In this document: in pieces, positions 1 to 9,598 of the stretch
Numbering within the stretch: position 1 is the first letter of the stretch
Layout: each line of letters begins with the position of its first letter
Source of the DNA: Candidatus Brocadiia bacterium
GTDB lineage: Bacteria; Planctomycetota; Brocadiia; SM23-32
Direction of reading: 5' to 3'
Assembly: GCA_046538485.1 (NCBI GenBank)
Contig: JBKHIT010000019.1
Coordinates: 16,114-80,113, forward strand
DNA: 64,000 bases
The notes under the pieces: generated by a model
What the model was told of the DNA's origin: nothing
The model's database searches: none
The model's input: the letters and a program-made list of their open reading frames with translations, nothing else
Position numbers and translations under genes: made by a program

Positions 1-62
1 AGGAGATAATGCAGCCGTCCGTATTGTTTGTGGTCGTAGTTTTGCATCAGGAAACTAAAAAA

Positions 63-647
63 TCAGTCTTCGGCTGCCCGAAGGACGGCCTGACTGACGG
101 CTTCGGCAAGAATTGTATTACCGCGGTCATTCATATGAACGCCGTCTTCCGATAGAAGCGGCGATCTTCCGCTTGCCTGAACAACATTGTAGAGGTCATT
201 TACGCGGACGCCGTGGCTTTCAACGACTTTTAACGCTGCCTGGTTATAGCGAATGACGTCTTGCTGGTGGCGCTCGAAAGATTTTACACGCTGGTGGCGC
301 TGATCGATGACGGGAGTGGTGGTTGCCCATATAAAAATGCCAGCGAAATCCTCGGTTAAAATATCGATGATTCCGTGAACATTGTGCACATATTCTTCGA
401 GGGGCACCTGGTAATCATTATCGACGATTCGCAGGTCATGCAGGCCACAATTAACGTGCGCGACGTCGGGATCTTTTTTTACCACCCACTCACGGATATT
501 ATTCAGTACTCGACGACTATCACCACCGTTTTCCTCAGGCCCGAGTATGTTGATCTGCCCTTCCAGCTCGGAAGCCACGAGTGGCTGATAAGCCATCCGG
601 ATAGAATCACCGACGAGAACCGCTTTTTTAAGGGATGGAGGGGCCAT
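63..647 (-). CDS. SGNH/GDSL-family hydrolase
   Basis: GDSI block I, NCGLHD block III and DGVH (DxxH) block V motifs; 194 aa. Confidence 0.9.
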   Translation of the reverse strand: MAPPSLKKAVLVGDSIRMAYQPLVASELEGQINILGPEENGGDSRRVLNNIREWVVKKDPDVAHVNCGLHDLRIVDNDYQVPLEEYVHNVHGIIDILTEDFAGIFIWATTTPVIDQRHQRVKSFERHQQDVIRYNQAALKVVESHGVRVNDLYNVVQASGRSPLLSEDGVHMNDRGNTILAEAVSQAVLRAAED

Positions 648-660
648 AAAAGTCTCGATT

Positions 661-1233
661 TCAGGTTTGAAGGAGAGGGAAATGCTCGACTGTCGTGTAC
701 ACCGGGCCTTGTTGTGTCAGGTCGCTCTTTACAAGATCAAATTTTTCAACCTCCGTGGTGCCGAATGTGAGATCGGAAAGGAGTTCGGTAAGTTCTTCGA
801 CAGGCGGGCATTTTTTCCCTCTACGGGTTCGTGCGATAGTAACATGCGGCACAAAATTGCGTTTCTCGCGTTTAATCCCCAGAGCACTCCCCAGATTGTG
901 GTCGACTTTTTCTGCGAGTTTTTGCAAATGGGCAGAGTCTTCCTGAATACATGCGAAGAGCACACGGGGGCGATCGGGTTCAGGGAACGCGGAGATCCCG
1001 TGCATTTCCATGCGGAATTGGGGGGCCTTAGCGGCCGTTTTTTGGAGAACGCGGGTTGCCTCCGGGATCGTGTTGTCTGGCACACTGCCGATGAACTTGA
1101 GAGTGAGATGCATGTTTTGTGGGGCGACCCACTTTAGCTCAGGCGCGCATTTTTTCATTGTTTCGACGGCCTGTGAAAGGTTTTGCCGAGATTGTTCACT
1201 GATGTCGATCGCGACAAAAAGGCGGACGCTCAT
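661..1233 (-). CDS. thpR: RNA 2',3'-cyclic phosphodiesterase (2'-5' RNA ligase family, 2H phosphoesterase)
   Basis: RLFVAI start, two HxT motifs (HLTL, PHVTI), GPVY C-terminus; start overlaps the metG stop. Confidence 0.92.
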   Translation of the reverse strand: MSVRLFVAIDISEQSRQNLSQAVETMKKCAPELKWVAPQNMHLTLKFIGSVPDNTIPEATRVLQKTAAKAPQFRMEMHGISAFPEPDRPRVLFACIQEDSAHLQKLAEKVDHNLGSALGIKREKRNFVPHVTIARTRRGKKCPPVEELTELLSDLTFGTTEVEKFDLVKSDLTQQGPVYTTVEHFPLLQT

Positions 1234-2915
1234 TGGTCAAGTCCTTCAAGGTTTTCGGGTATGTCAAGTTTTTCGAAAAGGATTTCGGGTTCGGCGAGCC
1301 CCCGCGACTCGGGCAATGGAGTCGTGGCTTTGTCCCATGTCAGTTCGTGCGGCGCGCAGCCCAGCATTTCATTGAGGCGGGCGGCAGCAAAAGGGAGAAA
1401 AGGTTCAACTGTTACTGTCAGCACCTTGATTGTATTCAGCAAGACATTAACGACGGTGCCGCAACGTTCCATATCCTCTTTTCGTAGAACCCAGGGCTCC
1501 TGGTGATCGAAATAACGGTTAGTTTGCTTGGCCGCCTTCATAAACTCTTCAAGAGCGGCCTTAAAACTGTATTCTTCGATTTGGTCCGCAATTGCATCCG
1601 GGAGGGCACGAATCATTTCCAGCTGTTCTGTGTCATCATCAGTAAGGTCGTCGCGTTCCGGAACGTGCCCATCGAAGTATTTGTGGGTGAAAGTCATCGT
1701 GCGATGCACAAGATTGCCAAAATTGGCCACGAGTTCTTCGTTATTGCGACTTATCAGGTCCTTGAATTGAAACGCTGTTCGCTGATCCTCAGGCGCAATC
1801 ATTGTGAGGTAATAGCGGAGGGGGTCGGGGTCATATTCGCGAAGGTAATCCTCAATCCAGACGGCAGTGCCCCGGCTAGTCGACATTTTTTGCTCTTCTT
1901 CACCGGGGAACTGGATATTCAGGAAGCAGTTAGCCGGGACTTGATGAGGCAGCTGGAAATTGCCTTCGGCCATGAGCATGGCCGGCCACATCAGCGCATG
2001 GAACACGACATTATCTTCGCCGATGAAATGTACGATACGCGTCTCCGGGTCTTCCCACCAGTCGCGGTAGTCTTCGGCGCTTCCTCCCTGTTGTTCACAC
2101 CATTCGGCAGTAAAGGAGACATAGCCAATGGGGGCGTCAAACCAGACGTAGAGGACTTTACCTTCCGCATCGGGATCGTCTTCAAGTGGAACAGGGATGC
2201 CCCAATCGAGGTCTCTGGTGATGGCGCGGTCGGGCAGACCCGATTCGAGGAGACCGCGTGTGAAATTGCGAACCATGGGGCGCCAGTCATCTTTGGAAGT
2301 CAGCCATTCTTTTAAGGGTTGTTCGAATTTGGAGAGGCGGAAGAACCAGTGGACCGTTTCGCGGACTTCCGGCTCGGCGCCGGAAATCACGCTATGCGCA
2401 TCTTTGAGAAGTATAGGGTTAATCGGTTTGCCACATGCCTCGCACTGATCTCCCCGTGCGCCAGTCGCCCCGCAGTGGTGGCATATACCTTCAACGTAGC
2501 GATCTGGCAAAAACATCTGTTCTTCAGGATCATAGAGTTGTTTTTGCGTGCGTTTTTCAAGGTAGCCATTCTCTTCGACAGTTTTGAAAAACTGCTGCGC
2601 GAAACGGGTATGTATTGGTTTGTTGGTACCACTGTAAATATCAAAGTCAATGCCGAGGCCATCGAAATCTGCTTTCTGAAGTGATCGGTAACGTTCATTG
2701 ACCTCGTGTGGTTGTTTATCTTCTTTTCGGGCGGTGAGGGCAACGGGCACACCGTAATCGTCACTTCCGCAGATGAAAGCTACTTCGTCGCCGACACTAC
2801 GGAGGTATCGAACGTAGATATCCGCCGGCAGATAACAGCCGGCAATATGCCCCACGTGCAGGCGTCCATTGGAGTAGGGCAAGGCTGCTGTGACAGTGAA
2901 ACGTCGGTCGGCCAT
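1230..2915 (-). CDS. metG: methionine--tRNA ligase (short form, no C-terminal OB domain)
   Basis: ALPYSNG..HVGH, CxxC...CxxC zinc knuckle, YVWFDAPIGY, KMSTS (KMSKS variant). Confidence 0.97.
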   Translation of the reverse strand: MADRRFTVTAALPYSNGRLHVGHIAGCYLPADIYVRYLRSVGDEVAFICGSDDYGVPVALTARKEDKQPHEVNERYRSLQKADFDGLGIDFDIYSGTNKPIHTRFAQQFFKTVEENGYLEKRTQKQLYDPEEQMFLPDRYVEGICHHCGATGARGDQCEACGKPINPILLKDAHSVISGAEPEVRETVHWFFRLSKFEQPLKEWLTSKDDWRPMVRNFTRGLLESGLPDRAITRDLDWGIPVPLEDDPDAEGKVLYVWFDAPIGYVSFTAEWCEQQGGSAEDYRDWWEDPETRIVHFIGEDNVVFHALMWPAMLMAEGNFQLPHQVPANCFLNIQFPGEEEQKMSTSRGTAVWIEDYLREYDPDPLRYYLTMIAPEDQRTAFQFKDLISRNNEELVANFGNLVHRTMTFTHKYFDGHVPERDDLTDDDTEQLEMIRALPDAIADQIEEYSFKAALEEFMKAAKQTNRYFDHQEPWVLRKEDMERCGTVVNVLLNTIKVLTVTVEPFLPFAAARLNEMLGCAPHELTWDKATTPLPESRGLAEPEILFEKLDIPENLEGLDQ

Positions 2916-2955
2916 GACTATATCCAGATTTAAGGTAAGAGAGATTGAGCCAATC

Positions 2956-3014
2956 TAAGATTCTGCCCTGACTTGACAAAAAGGGCGTCCAATTATCCGT
3001 AAAATCCGGGCTGG
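2956..3014 (+). repeat. partial copy of the dispersed ~150-bp MITE-like repeat
   Basis: taagattctgccctgacttg...ccaattatccgtaaaatccgggctgg matches 25228-25287. Confidence 0.8.
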
Positions 3015-3222
3015 AGCCCGCGAATTTAAAAAAATCAGAAACACTGAACTCAGGAATTCGTGCGGGGATAGTTTTGGCGACCTCATCCCGTCTGAACTGA
3101 TATTCAAGCCCAAACTACCATTATGAAGGTACTATAACAGGAGAAATGGATTCGGGCAACTGAGCCTGGTGGGGTCTCGTCAAGCGCAGCCCAGATAAAT
3201 TTGTGTCATTATTTGACAAATA

Positions 3223-3237
3223 TGGCACGTTTCTTGC
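3223..3237 (+). promoter_or_regulatory. sigma54 (-24/-12) promoter upstream of the GGDEF-like gene
   Basis: TGGCAC-gtttc-TTGC, exact consensus spacing; TGTCA-N5-TGACA palindrome immediately upstream at 3204-3218. Confidence 0.7.
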
Positions 3238-3407
3238 GCTATATTACTTCAGTAAAACAATGGAGTCCTCATGGACCGCAAACGATGCTTAAGGGTGTTC
3301 GGGATAAGCCCGGAGGCAAAAGGCGGTGGTTCAGAATGAAACACTGCCCGGTTCGCGGTTCCACAAATGAGTAAGATCATTGTTTTAGAATAAATTGGAG
3401 GTGCAGG

Positions 3408-4187
3408 ATGGATTGCGAAACACAAGCGGAAAGCTACGTTAATGAAATGGGGGAAGCGGCGGTTGCGCGATTGCGGCGGGTCTTCGGGCTTTCGAGTGTG
3501 CTTTGTGCACTTATAGGGTTATACCTTCTTCTAACGATGCAGCACCGAAGTGGAGCGGTCTTACGGGCATCGTTGGTTACAGTTCTGTTGTGGGGGCTTG
3601 TGGTGACTTCCTATGCCTTCTATTCGCTCTGGTTGGTTACGCAGGAAGCCAGGCAAAAATCGCAAAAAATGCATTGTGAAGATGGGGTAACAGGGCTGAG
3701 CGCAGAAACTGAATTACGGAGGAAGTTTCGGGAGCGACTGCAAATGTCGGAGAATCCCCAAACCATGGCAGCAGTGGGATATGCATGCCTCTCCGGAGTG
3801 GAGGAAATAAATAGCGATTTTGGCTATACGGCTGGCAACGTTGTTCTTCAACAGGTTTCACAGCAAATGAAAGAAGCGGCTCCTGAAGATGCGACAGTAG
3901 CCCGACTTGGAGGTGTGGAATTTGCCATGCTCGGAGAAGGGGATGCGGCGAGCCAGGTCGAAACAGTTATAAAAGATTTTGAGAACAGAGTTCGATCCTA
4001 TACCCTCGATTTGGGGGCCAGAGGAAAAATTGAGGACCTGGAAGTGCGTGTGGGAACAGCGCGATTCCCCCAAGATGGAGAGTCGCTGGACGAGCTGATC
4101 AAAGCAGCTCGTACTGAAGCGAAGCAGGTTAGTTTCGAGGAAATTACGCGGGTAGGAAATAGCTCGACCCAGATTATGAACGCGTAG
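3408..4187 (+). CDS. membrane-anchored GGDEF-domain protein, degenerate (GGVEF)
   Basis: two N-terminal TM helices; DGVTGL, INSDFGYTAGN, ARLGGVEF, LIKAA; GGAGG RBS. Confidence 0.85.
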   Translation: MDCETQAESYVNEMGEAAVARLRRVFGLSSVLCALIGLYLLLTMQHRSGAVLRASLVTVLLWGLVVTSYAFYSLWLVTQEARQKSQKMHCEDGVTGLSAETELRRKFRERLQMSENPQTMAAVGYACLSGVEEINSDFGYTAGNVVLQQVSQQMKEAAPEDATVARLGGVEFAMLGEGDAASQVETVIKDFENRVRSYTLDLGARGKIEDLEVRVGTARFPQDGESLDELIKAARTEAKQVSFEEITRVGNSSTQIMNA

Positions 4188-4223
4188 TTTCACGGCAGTC
4201 GACTGCAGGCAAGCTGGATTTTG

Positions 4224-6053
4224 TTATTTCTCCCAGGGCAATCCGGCGGTGGGCTGGTTGGTAAAACGATCAACCTCTACCTGAAGGTTCCCCCCACACC
4301 CGGCCCCCAATTCCACCACAAAATAATGGTTATCCACGGGGTGTTTTTTGCCTCTGAAATTAACGCGTATGCATTTGTTTTCGCCATAAGCGCCCATTTG
4401 GACCACGATCTTTCGTTTTTGGGTTTGGCTCAAATTGACAAGCTGGAGGCTAAATCCTTGCTTTGTAATGGAATTCACGAGAGCTCCAACATCGGGTGGC
4501 AGCCCGGGGCGGGCTTCTGTGGGATCGTAATGCCATGCTTCTGCCAGGATGGGCGTGCTTTGCCAGAGTGGGCCGATACTACCACATGTAAGGTTGATGA
4601 GGGTATGGGTTGAGACGGGCTGGAAGCGTTGTGCGCGGTCCGAGCGGCGTTCCCAGTCCTCGCTGTTGTCTCGCTTCATCTGCTCTACGCGATGGCGGAT
4701 CCTTTTGATATCAGATTCAAACATGCGCCGGGGGAATTCCGGGTTTTTCCCCAGCACGAAAAATAACCACGCATAATCATCCACGTGGTAGAAAAATCCT
4801 GTCCGGTAGCTGAACTTGTGTTTCCCGCGACGTTGAAGATCTTCTTCGATCAGTTTCATATCTTCCGGCCGGAATTGTGTCAGGAAAAGGCGTGTGAGCG
4901 ACCGGTGATAGCGACCTTTCCCATTCCAACCGTTGCTATCATAATGTGATGGAGGATATTTTTTGCCGTTTATCTCTACTTTATTTTCATAAAGCCTTCT
5001 AATCTGTTTTCGCAAGACGTCCATATATCTCATCTTTCCGGTGAGAAGGAGAGCGTTTTCAAGCGATGGTCGAATCCCGCGGAACATGCTCCACCGGCCT
5101 TCCCAGCAGTCCCACCATTTCCCATTCCAGTGTTCGCCGACATTTCCCGAAAGCCCGACGTTTGAGGGGAAAATATCGTTATTTGCTGCCGCGCGCCGGC
5201 ACCAGGCGTTAATGTAACTGAGGGCCCAGTTTTTATATTTCTTTTGCCCCGTGCAAATATAAGCATTTGTAGCTAATGTTGTGCTCAGAAGATTAACAGG
5301 AATATCGCCTTTCACGCGGGTCCAATTTTTAAGACGGGGGCGTTTTCCGATTTCCGGCCATTTGTTGCCCCAGTACTGCGGATTCATCTCAAGCAGAGCG
5401 CCGCGGCTGCCGTTCATAGCACTGCGTATAATGTCATACTGGAAATCGTAATTGTTTTCGGCCCCCTGAGGCAGAGCTTCATTGCGGTAGAAACCAGCAA
5501 AACGAACGAGACGACTGCGAAAAGCGGTGTCCTGCGGGGCGGCCAGAGTGAGCTGGTTGAAGGCCGCGTAGTGTTCGCTGTTATGTTGCCAGTCAAACGC
5601 TGTAATGAATTCTTTATAAAGAACGCCCCACTGCGGGGCATATTCAATTTCCTCGTGGGTGTACTGTTTGATGTGGCCCTCAAAAGCCATTTTAAACATC
5701 TTTAGCACGTCAGCATCGGCGCCAAGGGCATAAAGCAGGGGCCAGTTGCCGCACGTTTCCATGACGTCATCAACGCCGTCAACAATGCTCCAGCGGGGGA
5801 TGCATTTCATGTAGCCGCGTTGATCCCAGTATTTGGTGAAGAACATGCGCAGGGCGCGGGTGTTTTCTTCGAGCAATTTGCGTTCGTAAAAGGCCCAGGC
5901 CGGGGGAGACATCGGTCTTTTGATGTGAATAACAACAGCATCTTGCGGCAATGAGGTGGGAGCAGGCACGCTGTTCCCGGGAGCGGATTCTGCGCTCAGG
6001 CAATTCGTAGCGATGATAAAGAAGGCAACGAGCACCAATTCAAACTCGCGCAT
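4224..6053 (-). CDS. secreted hypothetical protein (609 aa, aromatic-rich, possibly alpha/alpha-toroid)
   Basis: long ORF with N-terminal signal peptide; no confident family. Confidence 0.75.
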   Translation of the reverse strand: MREFELVLVAFFIIATNCLSAESAPGNSVPAPTSLPQDAVVIHIKRPMSPPAWAFYERKLLEENTRALRMFFTKYWDQRGYMKCIPRWSIVDGVDDVMETCGNWPLLYALGADADVLKMFKMAFEGHIKQYTHEEIEYAPQWGVLYKEFITAFDWQHNSEHYAAFNQLTLAAPQDTAFRSRLVRFAGFYRNEALPQGAENNYDFQYDIIRSAMNGSRGALLEMNPQYWGNKWPEIGKRPRLKNWTRVKGDIPVNLLSTTLATNAYICTGQKKYKNWALSYINAWCRRAAANNDIFPSNVGLSGNVGEHWNGKWWDCWEGRWSMFRGIRPSLENALLLTGKMRYMDVLRKQIRRLYENKVEINGKKYPPSHYDSNGWNGKGRYHRSLTRLFLTQFRPEDMKLIEEDLQRRGKHKFSYRTGFFYHVDDYAWLFFVLGKNPEFPRRMFESDIKRIRHRVEQMKRDNSEDWERRSDRAQRFQPVSTHTLINLTCGSIGPLWQSTPILAEAWHYDPTEARPGLPPDVGALVNSITKQGFSLQLVNLSQTQKRKIVVQMGAYGENKCIRVNFRGKKHPVDNHYFVVELGAGCGGNLQVEVDRFTNQPTAGLPWEK

Positions 6054-6361
6054 AAGCCAGTTCTTCCTATAATCAAACCCTTAAATCTGACGGCGGTTCA
6101 GTGTAACAGAAGGGCTTTCTTTGAACAATATTAGATCTCTCCGAGGATCATTGGCCCGGGTCAGTATGCGGGTCAGTATGTGTCGTTTGGCGAATTAAAA
6201 GTGTTGCGTTGACCCGAGAAGTCGAATATGCTGGAAAGTAGAAAAACGTCGAGACGCTATGTGTTTTTTGCGGTTGACAACTGCGCTCGGCGGCGGAGAA
6301 TGAAAATTGGGTTATCCAAAAACTTCGTTTCAAGCGCTTCCTGCAGATTTGTGAGCTGAAA

Positions 6362-8017
6362 ATGAAACACGATAATTATAAAGAGAATCAGGACGGAAGA
6401 GACTGGTGTCCACTGCCCGACGATCTGATGTCGCGGCTACCGCCATGGGTTTGTTCCCCGTGGCTATTCCCGGTGGTCGGGGTTCTGGCTCTTTTCTGGT
6501 TTTTAATCCGCGTGATTCCAAAACCCACTCGTGCGCGCTATCCGTGTCAGCGGGTGGCGATGCCGGTGGCGTTTGGATTTCTCGGATGGATCGGGGGCAT
6601 GCTGGCGTCCGTGACGTCGTTCCGTCGCATGAAAGGTTTTTTGCGTAAGGGCCGGTATGTTCTGGCTGTTTTTTGTGTCGTCGGGGTCGCAGTCGGCGCA
6701 TGGTTTGCAATTGATCAAATTGCGCCGGAGCGTTTCCTTTGGGCGGATACGGTGGAACATTTTGTTCCGTCTGACAAACCGAATGATCCTATGGGTCGCG
6801 GCAGAGGGATAAATCCCGGTCGGGTGGTATGGGTGCGTGATATGGGAGCGACCAGATGGGATGGAAAGACCGGGCATTGGTGGGATGCCGAAAGCATCAA
6901 TCAGAACGTTGTTGACAAGATGGTATCGATGGGGCTGCGACGGCTCACCGGAAAGAAAGAAGACTCAACGGCGTGGGAAGCGCTTTTCCGGCATTTCAAC
7001 CGGAGCAAAAAGGGGAATGATGCGGGGTATCGGAAGGGAGAAAAAATTGCAATAAAAGTGAATTTCAACAATTCGGGGTACAGATGGAAGGGGAATGGTC
7101 TGAATACCAGCCCCCAGATGATCCTTGCATTGCTGAGACAGCTGATTGAAAAGGCAGGGATACCTGAAGATGAAATCACGGTATATGACGCATCTCGACT
7201 CATAGGAGATCCCGTATGGAAGCTTTGTCATGGTGCATTCCCGGGGGTCAGGTTTGTCGATAGAGAGGGCAAAAAGGGACGCATTAAGGCCCGCCCTGAC
7301 AGGAGCGTAGCTGTTCATTACGCTGACACATCCCTGCCCGATAGCGGTAAAACATTCTTGCCAAAGTGTGTGACGGGAGCTCGTTATTTGATAAATTTGG
7401 CGCTTTTGAAGGGGCACAGCCTGGCTGGTGTGACATTTAACGCGAAGAATCATTTTGGTTCTGTGTGGCGCGAGGCGGACAAGGACAAGTGGAATGCGGG
7501 TTGGTCTCCGGGGCATATGCATGAAACTGTTTCTGTCCACCAATACAGGGACTTTCCGCCGCGAGAATTGGGCACGTACACTCCATTGGTGGAGCTTATG
7601 GGCCACGCGCATCTCGGTGGGAAAACGCTGCTTTTCTTTATTGAGGGTCTTTATGGTGCTCCGCATCAGAGCTGCGAGCCTGAGGAGTGGGAGTCGGAGC
7701 CCTTTAACGGAAACTGGCCGGCGAGCATACTTGTTTCACAGGACCATGTGGCTATCGAGTCTGTGGGTCTTGATTTTTGCCGTTCCGAGCCGACCCTTAA
7801 GAAATACGTCCGCGGGGCGGTGGATAATTACCTTCACGAAGCGGCTGAAGCCAAAAAACCACCCTCTGGCTCTCAGTATGATCCGGAAGGAGATGAGACG
7901 GGTTTGGGTAGCCTGGGAGTCCACGAGCACTGGAACGACGTCCAGAGAAAGCAATACTCGAGGGATCTTGGGCGTGACCACGGTATAGAACTGATGCGGG
8001 TGGAAAACAAAGAGTAA
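6362..8017 (+). CDS. DUF362-domain protein
   Basis: KPTRARYPCQ N-terminal motif, GINPGRVVW, IAIKVN, LKGH..AGVT..KNHFG; exact start uncertain. Confidence 0.8.
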   Translation: MKHDNYKENQDGRDWCPLPDDLMSRLPPWVCSPWLFPVVGVLALFWFLIRVIPKPTRARYPCQRVAMPVAFGFLGWIGGMLASVTSFRRMKGFLRKGRYVLAVFCVVGVAVGAWFAIDQIAPERFLWADTVEHFVPSDKPNDPMGRGRGINPGRVVWVRDMGATRWDGKTGHWWDAESINQNVVDKMVSMGLRRLTGKKEDSTAWEALFRHFNRSKKGNDAGYRKGEKIAIKVNFNNSGYRWKGNGLNTSPQMILALLRQLIEKAGIPEDEITVYDASRLIGDPVWKLCHGAFPGVRFVDREGKKGRIKARPDRSVAVHYADTSLPDSGKTFLPKCVTGARYLINLALLKGHSLAGVTFNAKNHFGSVWREADKDKWNAGWSPGHMHETVSVHQYRDFPPRELGTYTPLVELMGHAHLGGKTLLFFIEGLYGAPHQSCEPEEWESEPFNGNWPASILVSQDHVAIESVGLDFCRSEPTLKKYVRGAVDNYLHEAAEAKKPPSGSQYDPEGDETGLGSLGVHEHWNDVQRKQYSRDLGRDHGIELMRVENKE

Positions 8018-8072
8018 CAGGCTGCGTTTGGACAAGGCCATAACCTGCCGTGTCGTCAACATTCCTGCTGTA

Positions 8073-9452
8073 TTATTGTTGTTCTGTCATCCATGCCTGG
8101 CGAATCTCGCCGGCCAGATAGAAGGAGCCGGTGATGCAGACGACATCGGTGGGCTCCGCGTCATTGAGCGCGGTGCTGAGGGCCTCAGTGGGTGATTTGA
8201 TTGCTCGGACATTTTGTATGCCGGCAACTTTTGCAGTCGACGCGAGGGTTGTGGGGGTTGCCGCCCGTGGAGAATCAAATTGTGTGGTTATTATTTGTCT
8301 GGCGACGGGGGAAATGAGGCCGAGCATAGCCGAATAAGCTTTGTCCTCGGCCGATGCGTAAATAAAATGGACAACTCGTTCCGGGAAGTGTGTATTCAGG
8401 GCGGCCAGTAAGGCTTTGATGGACTGTTTTGTGTGGGCGGCGTCGAGGATTAAGGCGGGATTGCGATCGAGCAATTCCACGCGTCCAGGCCACCGGCATT
8501 GCTCTATACCTTTTCTGATGGCGTCTGGATGCAAATCTAGTTCCTTGCGGTTGACAAGACAGTCGAGAACGCCCACGGCCGTTGCAGAATTCTCCACCTG
8601 GTGGCGTCCAAGCAAAGAACAGGTCAATTCGCGATGATTGCGGAGGGGGGTTGCTAAGGAAAATCGCCACCCGACCGGAGCTTCGGGGTCACCCTGTGTT
8701 GCGACAAGAGGCTCGGCTGAATGAATCTCAATTTGTTGACCTAATTGCCAGGCAGGGCACTTCAGTTCCCGGGCACGCGTTCTGATGGCCTCCAAAGCTT
8801 TGGGAAACGGTTGGTGCCCCACAATAACAGGAACGCCCGGTTTGAGAATTCCGGCTTTCTCAGCGGCAATCTGCCGGGGAGTTGTGCCGAGTTTATCGGT
8901 ATGGTCCATTCCGATAGGTGTAATGACACAACACCGCGGTTCGACGACATTTGTAGAATCGAGTCGACCACCAAGTCCGACTTCCATAATTGTCCAATCA
9001 GCTTGTTTCTGGCGAAAATATGAAAGTGCGAGAACCGTCAGAATCTCGAAGTATGTCGGGGAAGACTGAGGGCCATCCTTTTTCATCTGTTCGATTTCCG
9101 GACGGAGTTTCGCAAGGGTCTGACAGAAATCCCGCTCGATAATTGGTTCTCCGTCAAAACGGATACGTTCGCGGATACTGACGAGATGGGGAGATGTGTG
9201 GAATCCCGAGAGCTGCCGGCCGTTGCGGAGGCAGCTGTCAATGAATGCTCCTGTGGTTCCTTTGCCTTTTGTGCCAGCGATATGAATTACAGGCAAACCA
9301 TGATGAGGATTGCCAATGCGGTTGAGGAGGGCTTCAGTACGTGCAAGGTTAAAAGTTTTATTGGTGTACTCAACCCGCGTGGTTTGTTCATAGTTGGCAT
9401 TTTTGTCGAGATACTTTTCGGCTTGTTCTAATGACGGGAAGATGTTTGACAA
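8073..9452 (-). CDS. folC: bifunctional folylpolyglutamate synthase/dihydrofolate synthase
   Basis: HIAGTKGKGTT, TSPHL..RERI, EVGLGGRLDSTN, WPGR, LDAAH, GSFYLAG; TTG start at 9452 inferred. Confidence 0.95.
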   Translation of the reverse strand: MSNIFPSLEQAEKYLDKNANYEQTTRVEYTNKTFNLARTEALLNRIGNPHHGLPVIHIAGTKGKGTTGAFIDSCLRNGRQLSGFHTSPHLVSIRERIRFDGEPIIERDFCQTLAKLRPEIEQMKKDGPQSSPTYFEILTVLALSYFRQKQADWTIMEVGLGGRLDSTNVVEPRCCVITPIGMDHTDKLGTTPRQIAAEKAGILKPGVPVIVGHQPFPKALEAIRTRARELKCPAWQLGQQIEIHSAEPLVATQGDPEAPVGWRFSLATPLRNHRELTCSLLGRHQVENSATAVGVLDCLVNRKELDLHPDAIRKGIEQCRWPGRVELLDRNPALILDAAHTKQSIKALLAALNTHFPERVVHFIYASAEDKAYSAMLGLISPVARQIITTQFDSPRAATPTTLASTAKVAGIQNVRAIKSPTEALSTALNDAEPTDVVCITGSFYLAGEIRQAWMTEQQ

Positions 9453-9598
9453 TTTCTTATGCTTTACGGTCTGAGCTGAATTAGTGATGGTGAGACAGCA
9501 ATGGGCAGAAACCAATCCCTTCAGGGCGAGGGCGGAGAAGTTTTCAAATAATGGGAGGTGGAAAGTTACAAAAATTGTTGAACCGTTTACTGCTGTTC

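Noticed and set aside
3275..3350. Possible c-di-GMP-I riboswitch in the leader of the GGDEF-like gene (two hairpins linked by ggcaaaa)
   Set aside because: No GNRA tetraloop/receptor and no proper GACGCAAAGC junction; only generic hairpins
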